From: Candidatus Tagabacteria bacterium CG09_land_8_20_14_0_10_41_14
GTDB lineage: Bacteria > Patescibacteriota > Minisyncoccia > JAHISW01 > Tagabacteraceae
Length of the DNA stretch: 34,861 nt
Direction of reading: 5' to 3'
NCBI GenBank assembly: GCA_002774055.1
Contig: PEZL01000005.1
Coordinates: forward strand, 1,101-35,961
Shown piece after piece: positions 16,971 through 24,287 of the stretch (within the stretch, counting starts at the first letter, position 1; each line of letters begins with the position of its first letter). The translations under genes and the position numbers were made by a program. Below the pieces are notes generated by a model. It worked only from the letters and a program-made list of their open reading frames with translations. It did no database searches and had not been told where the DNA came from.

Positions 16971-17457
16971 CGAAATAAGAACCGGTCAAGTAAGAGTCAT
17001 AGATGACGAGAAGGGGAATCTTGGAGTTTTGGATACATCCAAAGCATTGGAAATTGCTAAAGAAAAAGGTCTTGATCTTATAGAAATTTCACCGAATGCC
17101 AAGCCGCCCGTTGTTAAGATAATAGAATTAGGGAAGTATCTTTACCAGGAAAACAAGAAGCAAAAAGAAGCGGCCAAGGGCAGTCAAGAAACAGAAATGA
17201 AATATATAAGGATCCATTTGGGCACATCGGAAAATGATCTTGGGTTAAAGGCGAGAAACGCTTCCGCGTTTTTGAAAAAAGGACATAGGGTAAAAGCGGA
17301 ATTATTCTTAAGGGGCAGGGAAAAATATCTTGCTCGGGAATTTTTAAAAGAGAGATTGGAAAGAGTTTTAAATTTGATATCCGAAGATTACAAGGTTTTA
17401 CAGGATGTTAAAAAAGGGCCGCGCGGTATTTTTGTTATTATAGAAAAAAACAGATAG
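16945..17457 (+). CDS. infC: Translation initiation factor IF-3 (non-ATG start)
   Basis: [29 protein letters not shown] and [14 protein letters not shown]. Confidence 0.95.
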   Translation: MLKKPKINNEIRTGQVRVIDDEKGNLGVLDTSKALEIAKEKGLDLIEISPNAKPPVVKIIELGKYLYQENKKQKEAAKGSQETEMKYIRIHLGTSENDLGLKARNASAFLKKGHRVKAELFLRGREKYLAREFLKERLERVLNLISEDYKVLQDVKKGPRGIFVIIEKNR

Positions 17458-17480
17458 CGACACTAATACGCGAATTAATT

Positions 17481-17900
17481 ATGAAAAAAGTAAAAACAAT
17501 TTTAAAATTACAGATTTCCGCGGGCAAGGCCAATCCGGCGCCGCCCGTTGGTCCTGCTTTGGGTCAGCACGGAGTTAATATCGGGGATTTCGTAAATAAA
17601 TTCAATGACGCCACGAAAGAAATGGGCAGCGGCATTATTCCCGTGGAGGTCACCATTTACGGAGATCGTAGCTTTGATTTTAAATTAAAAACTCCGCCCG
17701 CCTCTGATTTGCTTCGCAAGGCAGCCGGCGTGGAAAAGGGTTCCAGCGCGCCGCACAGCAAAAAAGTGGGAAAGGTGTCAAGGCAACAAATTAAGGAAAT
17801 TGCCGAGCGAAAAATGGAAGATTTGAACGCGCATGATGTGGAAGCCGCCGAAAAAATTATAGAAGGAACCGCCCGCAGTATGGGTATAGATGTAAAATAG
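17481..17900 (+). CDS. rplK: 50S ribosomal protein L11
   Basis: [21 protein letters not shown] and GTARSMG. Confidence 0.98.
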   Translation: MKKVKTILKLQISAGKANPAPPVGPALGQHGVNIGDFVNKFNDATKEMGSGIIPVEVTIYGDRSFDFKLKTPPASDLLRKAAGVEKGSSAPHSKKVGKVSRQQIKEIAERKMEDLNAHDVEAAEKIIEGTARSMGIDVK

Positions 17901-17901
17901 C

Positions 17902-18378
17902 ATGAGGCCAAATTGGGATGATTATTTTTTGTATCATATAGTGCCTGCTGTTGCTCAGCGCGCCACTTGTGACAGGGGCAGGGCCGGCGCCGTTATTATT
18001 CGCGATAACAGAATTTTAGCGACAGGTTATGTGGGTTCTCCTGCCGGGTTTGCCCATTGTGACGAAGTGGGTCATTTGTTGCATAAAGTAATAGATGAAA
18101 ACGGCAAAGAATCCATTCATTGCGTTAGAACTATCCATGCCGAAGAGAATGCCATTCTTCAGGCGGCCATGGATGGTATTCCCTTGAAAGGCGCTACTCT
18201 TTATTGTAAAATGATGCCTTGTTTCAGGTGCGCTATGAAAATTATTCGCGTGGGCATAAAAAGAGTGGTGGTTCAAAAAAGGTATCATGATGATGAGAGA
18301 ACTTTGAAAATGTTTCAACGTGCTGGCGTGGCAGTTGATATCAAAGAAGACGAAACGGAAAAATACGAAAACCAGTAA
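17902..18378 (+). CDS. dCMP deaminase / ComEB-like cytidine deaminase
   Basis: RPNWDDYF, RATCDR, HAEEN and PCFRC zinc motifs. Confidence 0.92.
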   Translation: MRPNWDDYFLYHIVPAVAQRATCDRGRAGAVIIRDNRILATGYVGSPAGFAHCDEVGHLLHKVIDENGKESIHCVRTIHAEENAILQAAMDGIPLKGATLYCKMMPCFRCAMKIIRVGIKRVVVQKRYHDDERTLKMFQRAGVAVDIKEDETEKYENQ

Positions 18379-18385
18379 AGTGGAC

Positions 18386-18684
18386 ATGAAATGCAGTGAA
18401 GAGATATTGGCCAGGCACTTCCAGACCGTGAATCGCGATCTTTGTTGGTTTATCCCCCAGTGCGAGATATATGCCTTGCTTACTACATAAAGATTGTTTT
18501 TACGGCTGGCGTTGTTGATGAGTCAATAGAGGCTTATCATGCGAATAAAGAAGTTTGGGTGATTTTTCCCGAGTCTTTTACAAGCCCGTTTTTGAGTTAT
18601 AGGGCTAAGGTTTTTAGAAGCGTGGAAGAATTTTTTGAGTTTTTGAAAAATTGGCAGACCGGAAAGGAAAAAAAAGATGGATAA
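18386..18684 (+). pseudogene. Frameshifted remnant of a nucleoside-deoxyribosyltransferase-like (NDT-like) C-terminal domain, paralog 1
   Basis: ATG 18386 reads ...TVNRDLCWFIPQCEI; removing one AT from ATATAT near 18467-18472 joins it to CLAYY...SPF...FFEFL; aligns with 19095-19385. Family assignment tentative. Confidence 0.55.
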
Positions 18685-19385
18685 ATTAGTCTGGATTACC
18701 GGCGTGAGTCATTGCGGAGGAAACGAATATTTGAGACATAAATTTTTGCCGCTTTGTGAGAAGCGGAATAAGAAAGTAAAAATTATCTATCCCGGCAAAA
18801 TGATCTTTGATGCGCCCGGTATAAGATTAGATCCTGACAACGTTTTGAACGCGCCGGATGACCATTTAAAAACAAAAATGGAATGGGTCTTTGAGAGAAT
18901 CGCGGAAGAGTTAGAAAAAGGTGCTAATGATTGGGATGCGGTGGTTATCAGAACCCACAGGATGTTTAAGTGGAATAATGTTTATCGTTTGGCGCATGTT
19001 TACGAAAACGTAGCGCGCTTTAATCCTGATTTGATGCTGACTTTTGTTGACGGCGTTGCGCCTATTTTAGAGAGGATGAAAGATTCAAGCCGGTTTGCGT
19101 GTCAGGATGTGCCTGGATTGTTTTGTTCCGCAGGCGAAAAACATTATTGGTTATTATCCGGAGATTGTTCTGCCCACGAGCGAAGGCAAAACTCATGAAC
19201 TTGGCAAGGCGTTTATATTAACCAAGAATGTGTGGGTGGTGCATCTATCCGAGCTCAATAAAGCTAGTCCTTTTGTGAAGGGTTTTAAGACTGTTCCTAT
19301 TTTTAAAACCGAGGAATCGTTTTTAAAATTTCTTGAAGAAAGAAAGCGCGCCAGAAAAAAGCGTAGTTGGCCCGAAGACGGATAA
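18677..19385 (+). pseudogene. P-loop nucleotide-kinase-like protein with an NDT-like C-terminal domain, broken near 19100 (paralog 2)
   Basis: N-terminal WITGVSHCG (degenerate P-loop); the C-terminal domain continues in another frame (CFVPQAKNIIGYY...NVWVV...SPF...FLKFL). Confidence 0.5.
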
Positions 19386-19392
19386 AAACTCA

Positions 19393-21303
19393 TTAAGGAT
19401 ATTTTAAAACCCCGCAAGAATGCGGGGTTTTAAAATAGGAATTCTTTTTTATAATTTCAATCGTTTCTTCTCCGGATAAATTTTCTTTTTCCAAGAGACT
19501 GGAAACGATGTCATCAAACGCTTTGTTATGCCTTATAATTATCTGTTTGGCCTCTTCATATTTTTTGTTTAAAGTTTCCCGTACTTCTTCATCAATCTCT
19601 CTTGCCGTTTGTTCGCTGCAAACCTTTTGAACTTCGCGGCCTATTCGTTTGCCCAGAAATGGATGTTCGGAAATTTCCTCAATAACCGCCAGGCCGATTT
19701 TTTCGTTCATTCCTAATTCGCAAATCATTTTGCGAATTAGGTTCGTGGCTCTTTTTAAGTCGTTTTGAGCACCGGCACTTTTTTCTTTCAATTTAATTTC
19801 TTCCGCCGCTCTGCCGGCCAGTAAAACAGTAAGTTGATTTAATATATATTTTTCAGAGATACTGTATCTGTCTTCCAGGGGAAGGCTGACCGTTACTCCT
19901 AAAGATTGAGAACGGGGGACGATGGAAATTTTATGCAGTGGGTCGGTATGTTCGGGATCTCTCTGATAAAGTATGGCATTAACCAGCGCGTGTCCGGTTT
20001 CGTGAGTAGCGCTAATTAGTTTGTCGCGTTTACCCACTCTTAAAGTTTTTCTTTCATATCCCATTAATATTACATCTTTAGCTTTTTCAAAATCTTCTAT
20101 TTCTACGGATTTTTTCTTTTTTTTGGCGGCTAGCAACGCGGCTTCATTTGTCAAATTGGCTAAATCTGCCCCGGTAAAACCAATAGTTCCTCTTGCAATT
20201 GTTTTCAAATCTATATTTTTTCCCAAGATAATATTTTGGGTATGGATTTCTAAAATGCGCTCCCTTCCTTTTACGTCAGGCGGTGGAACTAAAATGTTTC
20301 TGTCAAATCTTCCGGGTCTAATTACCGCGCTGTCCAGCATATCCGGCCGGCTGGTAGCGCCAATAACTATTACACTTTGATTAGTTTCCAAACCGTCCAT
20401 TTCTATCAAAAGTTGGTTTAGGGTCTGTTCTCGTTCATCGTGGGTTATGCTGGTTCCTCGGCTTTTGGCCAGCGCCTCAAATTCGTCAATGAATATAATG
20501 GAGGGAGAATTATTATTGGCTTGCTTGAATAGGTTTCTTACCCGGGCTGCACCTACCCCCACAAACATTTCCACAAACTCCGATGCTTCTCCGGCTACTG
20601 CTTTGGCCAAAAGAGTTTTACCGCATCCAGGTGGACCGATAAAAAGTATACCTTTGGGCAGTCTTCCTCCAAGTTTAGAGAATTCTTCGGGATTTTTTAA
20701 AAATTCAATTATTTCCTGTGTGTTTTCTTTGGCTTCTTCTATCCCGGCAATATCGTTGAAAGTAATTTTTGGCCGCTTTTCTATAGATATGTTTTTGTCA
20801 TCGATTTTAGTGAAGTTCTTTCCCGAGAGATTCCTTGCCATTTGGTTTTTACGCATAAAGTAAATTATTACAGATACAATAAAAATCCAAAAAATCCACG
20901 AAGAAATATTTGAACCGCTTTCTTCAAAAGAAAATTCTACGTCTGCTTTTTCTAAATTTTTTATGAGATTTGGGTCTTCCTTGGTAATAACAGCAGTAAA
21001 TATTTTTTCTTGCTTCTTAAATTTGATTGCCAGTTCTTTTTGTTTAATAATTACTTTTTCTACCGTTTTTTGATTCAGTAATTTTAGGAAAACGCTGTAG
21101 GGTATTTTAGCATCGCCTTCTTCCGAATAATACGGACTTAGTTGGCCAAACTCTTGGCCGGCGGGGTATTTTTCTTGTGTTTGTTCTCGGGGCTCTTGAC
21201 CGTAATCATATTTTTTGGAACCGCTTTTTTCCGTATATCAATACCAAAATAGTAAAAGAACTAAAACTGCAACTATTAAAAGATGTTTATTCTCTGGCAT
21301 CAT
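19393..21303 (-). pseudogene. ftsH: FtsH ATP-dependent Zn protease, apparently inactivated
   Basis: One frame from ATG 21303/21300 with an in-frame TGA at 21240-21238; TM-periplasmic-TM N-terminus, Walker A GPPGCGKT, IFIDE, RPGRFDR and HETGH; about 9-aa deletion after AVAGEA. Confidence 0.85.
19400..19437. terminator. Bidirectional intrinsic terminator
   Basis: Perfect 17-bp stem TATTTTAAAACCCCGCA-AGAA-TGCGGGGTTTTAAAATA between convergent genes. Confidence 0.8.
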
Positions 21304-21439
21304 TTTGACTCTCTCTTGGATTGGATTTTCAATTTACTTCTATTTAGAATATTAAACATATGAAGCTAAATATCAAGGGGACTAACTTTGAACTAACTAT
21401 GGGGTTTTTTGTTTGGGTTTTTTGCGATAAGATAAAGTT

Positions 21440-22957
21440 ATGATTAGAAAAATTTTAGAAGAAAAGAGCGGTTATAAAGTATGGTGGAACGGGGACGAAA
21501 GAGGAGATTATAGCGCTAATGTTGGCAGCGCGGAGAAAGCGGGGGATGTTAAGAATGGATTAATAAACGATAAGTATATTTCTAAAATAGAAACTGAAAA
21601 AGGTTTTGTTAATTTTTGGCTGTCTGAAAAAGCGCTGGAAGATGGATTGAGGTTTGCCTTGCAAGAAAAATTTGATTTTTTAAAAAAACAAAAAATCCAG
21701 GTTGAGTTTATTTCGGCCAACCCCACCGGGCCTTTGACTTTGGGCAATGCTAGAGGCGGAGTGTATGGCGATGTCTTGGCTAATGTTTTGGAAAAATGCG
21801 GGGCGAAGGTTGTGAAGGAATATTATGTGAATGACGCCGGCAATCAGATAGAGATTTTGGGCCATTCAATTCTAAAAGACGATAAAGCCGAATACGCGGG
21901 AGACTATATTAATGAGTTGGCCCTTCGACTTCGCTCAGGGCAAGCAGGCGGGCCGAAAGATGTTGGAGAAAAAGCCGCTGAAATAATTTTAGATAACATT
22001 AAGAAAACCGCGAAAGATATGGGGATTGATTTTGATGTGTGGTTTTCAGAGAGAAAGGATTTGCGTGAGAAGGGGAGGATAGATGAAATTGTGAAATGGC
22101 TGAAAGAAAAAGATTTGGCACATGAAAAAGGCGGGGCGCTGTGGTTTAAGGCCTCGCAATTCGGCGATACAGAAGACAGAGTTTTGATAAAAGAAAATGG
22201 CGAACCCACATATTTTTGTGCGGACGCGGCTTATCATAAAAATAAATTTGTAGACAGAAAATTTGATAAAGTTATAAATGTTTGGGGCGCGGATCATCAT
22301 GGAGATGTAGGGCGGATAAAAGGATTTGTGGAAGCGCTTGGTTTTTCCGCCCAACTGGAAATAATTTTAATGCAGTTTGTAAGGCTTTTGGAAAACGGCA
22401 AAGCCGCGAGAATGTCTAAAAGGAAAGGCACATATGTTTTGGTAGAAGATGTTTTAAGGGAAGTCGGCAAAGATGCCTTCAGATATTTTATGCTTACGCG
22501 CTCGGCAAACACGCATATGGATTTTGATATGGATTTGGCAAAAGAACAGAGCAAAAAGAATCCGGTCTACTACATTCAGTATTCGCATGCCAGGGTGTGC
22601 TCTATACTGAATAAATTCGAAATCCCTGCCTCGCTGGCAGGCAGGCGAAATCCGAAATCTGAAACAATACCAAATATCAAATTATTAAATTCAAAACACG
22701 AACGACAACTGATTTTGAAACTAATTCAGATTCCGGAGGTATTGGAAGACATTTCAAAAGATTATCAGGCGCATAAGTTAACTACTTATATATATGAGTT
22801 GGCAAAAACTTTCACGGATTTTTATGAGAATGTAAGAGTGCTGGAGGCGGAAAGTGAGGAATTGAAAAGGGCGCGATTGTCTTTGGTGGCTGCCACTAGA
22901 CAAATTTTAGAAAAGGTTTTGAAATTGATGGGTATTTCCGCTCCGGAGAAAATGTAA
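21440..22957 (+). CDS. argS: Arginine--tRNA ligase (short N-terminal domain)
   Basis: VEFISANPTGPL, EYYVNDAGNQ, WGADHHG, MSKRKG, NPVYYIQYSHAR and GISAPEKM. Confidence 0.97.
   Translation: MIRKILEEKSGYKVWWNGDERGDYSANVGSAEKAGDVKNGLINDKYISKIETEKGFVNFWLSEKALEDGLRFALQEKFDFLKKQKIQVEFISANPTGPLTLGNARGGVYGDVLANVLEKCGAKVVKEYYVNDAGNQIEILGHSILKDDKAEYAGDYINELALRLRSGQAGGPKDVGEKAAEIILDNIKKTAKDMGIDFDVWFSERKDLREKGRIDEIVKWLKEKDLAHEKGGALWFKASQFGDTEDRVLIKENGEPTYFCADAAYHKNKFVDRKFDKVINVWGADHHGDVGRIKGFVEALGFSAQLEIILMQFVRLLENGKAARMSKRKGTYVLVEDVLREVGKDAFRYFMLTRSANTHMDFDMDLAKEQSKKNPVYYIQYSHARVCSILNKFEIPASLAGRRNPKSETIPNIKLLNSKHERQLILKLIQIPEVLEDISKDYQAHKLTTYIYELAKTFTDFYENVRVLEAESEELKRARLSLVAATRQILEKVLKLMGISAPEKM
21920..21941. 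repeat. In-frame REP-like hairpin GCCCTTCGACTTCGCTCAGGGC in argS (family C)
   Basis: GC-rich island with GCCCT/AGGGC ends encoding ALRLRSGQ in an AT-rich gene; single copy in the window. Confidence 0.55.
22618..22665 (+). repeat. CGAAATC heptamer array interrupted by a 21-nt family-A palindrome, inside argS
   Basis: CGAAATC [CCTGCCTCGCTGGCAGGCAGG] CGAAATC CGAAATC TGAAAC. Confidence 0.9.
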
Positions 22958-22992
22958 AAATTTACGTCTTGCGGTTACGTAAAAATGCTAAA

Positions 22993-23274
22993 TTACTTTC
23001 TGTGTTTCATTGTTTGGTAAACAACAGAACGATTTTGAATTACGAAAATTTTTACTTTTTTTGTTTCAATTCTGAAAATTATCCGATAATTACCCACTCT
23101 TAACTTTCGGTATCCCTTGAGAGATTGCCGTAACGGCTTGCCAAATATTTCAGGATGGCTGACAAGTTTATCTTCAATTGCCTTTTTAATTTTCTTTTTC
23201 CAAACCAAAGACAAATCCGGAATGTCTTCCTTGATTACCTTGTCGTGATAATGGATAGTAAATTTTACTTCCAC
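22993..23274 (-). CDS. RelE/ParE-family toxin (TA module 2)
   Basis: FGKPLRQSLKGYRKLRVGNYRIIF and RSVVY. Confidence 0.92.
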   Translation of the reverse strand: MEVKFTIHYHDKVIKEDIPDLSLVWKKKIKKAIEDKLVSHPEIFGKPLRQSLKGYRKLRVGNYRIIFRIETKKVKIFVIQNRSVVYQTMKHRK

Positions 23275-23486
23275 GCTTTTTTATGAGGAATAAATTTTGC
23301 TTTCTTGTTGTCTCTTGTGGCGGCAATTTTGTCCCAAATTATTTCTTCTTCGGTTTCAAGGGCGATTTGTAAAAGCTGGCTGGCTTTAGTTGCTTTGGCC
23401 ATTTTGTCTCTTTGGGCTGATCGCCTAACCGCAGATTCAACTTCGGGCAAAAGGGTAATGTTTAATCTTTTTTTGGTTGTAGCCAT
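23265..23486 (-). CDS. Ribbon-helix-helix-like antitoxin (TA module 2)
   Basis: 73 aa, KRLNITL beta strand, C-terminal FIPHKKAW; overlaps the toxin start. Confidence 0.8.
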   Translation of the reverse strand: MATTKKRLNITLLPEVESAVRRSAQRDKMAKATKASQLLQIALETEEEIIWDKIAATRDNKKAKFIPHKKAWK

Positions 23487-23494
23487 GATAATTT

Positions 23495-23525
23495 AAGTGT
23501 ATCAAAAGTGTATCACTTGTGTCAA
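23495..23525 (-). promoter_or_regulatory. TA module 2 promoter with tandem operator-like repeats
   Basis: TTGACA (23525-23520), extended -10 TGnTACACT; AAGTGTATCA at both 23495-23504 and 23506-23515. Confidence 0.7.
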
Positions 23526-23529
23526 GAGG

Positions 23530-23577
23530 AAAAGAGTGTTTGAAATAATGGGTATTTCTGCGCCTGAAAAAATGTAG
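23530..23577 (+). repeat. Diverged duplicate of the argS 3' end
   Basis: Encodes KRVFEIMGISAPEKM* versus argS EKVLKLMGISAPEKM*. Confidence 0.9.
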
Positions 23578-23624
23578 AAAATGTGGGGAAAAGGAGGTTT
23601 TTTGTTTGACTTTTTTGAGAGCTT

Positions 23625-23652
23625 TTGCTACTGTAATAATATGTATTACAAT
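23625..23652 (+). promoter_or_regulatory. TA module 3 promoter with an inverted-repeat operator
   Basis: TTGCTA, 16 bp spacer, TACAAT, 6 nt before the ATG; TGTAATA-N5-TATTACA at 23632-23650. Confidence 0.6.
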
Positions 23653-23658
23653 TAATTT

Positions 23659-23883
23659 ATGTTTAACATGAGAAGTGTTGTAAATATATCATTGCCCAAA
23701 AATATGCTTAAAGAAGTTGAAAAAGAGGTAAAAGCCGGGAATTATGCTAGCAAGAGTGAGTTTTTCCGCCATGTTATGCGTTGGTGGAATACTAACAAGT
23801 TAGCCGAGGAATTAAAAGAAGAACGAGAGAAGTTTGAACAAGGGGACTTTAAGGTTTTACGCTCGTTGCGCGATCTAAGATAA
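23659..23883 (+). CDS. CopG/RHH antitoxin (TA module 3)
   Basis: VVNISLP...VKAGNYASKSEFFR RHH signature. Confidence 0.88.
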   Translation: MFNMRSVVNISLPKNMLKEVEKEVKAGNYASKSEFFRHVMRWWNTNKLAEELKEEREKFEQGDFKVLRSLRDLR

Positions 23884-23888
23884 TTTTT

Positions 23889-24146
23889 ATGAAAATTTTT
23901 TATCGCTCAAGATTTAAGCGAGAGTTTAAAAAATTGCCAAAGAAAATTCAAGACTTAGCTGAAGAAAAGATTGAGATTTTCAGAAAAAATCCTTTTGATT
24001 CTCGTTTGGATACTCATAAATTACATGGCCTGCTTAAAACTTTCTGGGCCTTTTCTGTAGATTATAAAAACAGAATTATTTTTGATTTTTGCGATAAGTA
24101 TACCATAAGATTTTATTCCATCGGTGACCATGATATTTATTGGTAG
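23889..24146 (+). CDS. RelE/YafQ-family mRNA interferase toxin (TA module 3)
   Basis: FKREFKKL, LDTHKLHG, RIIF and IGDHDIY. Confidence 0.9.
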   Translation: MKIFYRSRFKREFKKLPKKIQDLAEEKIEIFRKNPFDSRLDTHKLHGLLKTFWAFSVDYKNRIIFDFCDKYTIRFYSIGDHDIYW

Positions 24147-24158
24147 TTCTGTTTTAAT

Positions 24159-24188
24159 TCGGCCGTTGAAAAACGGCCGATTTCTATT
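24159..24188 (+). terminator. Intrinsic terminator after TA module 3
   Basis: TCGGCCGTT-GAAA-AACGGCCGA followed by TTTCTATT. Confidence 0.7.
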
Positions 24189-24287
24189 CTATCTAAAATA
24201 AACGATCGCTGGAAATAGGAAGAATAGAATTGTTGAGGATTGTTGTTGAATGTTGAACAATAAGCGGTTTTTTATTATGATAAAGTC

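Noticed and set aside
21238..21240. TGA recoding (code 4/25) to explain the ftsH internal stop
   Set aside because: TGA ends ndk, smpB and ileS at expected positions, no other gene has an internal TGA, and ftsH has further lesions.
24180..24287. T-box riboswitch upstream of ileS (also considered for argS and metG)
   Set aside because: No T-box consensus seen, leaders are too short, and -10 boxes sit right before the argS and ileS starts.
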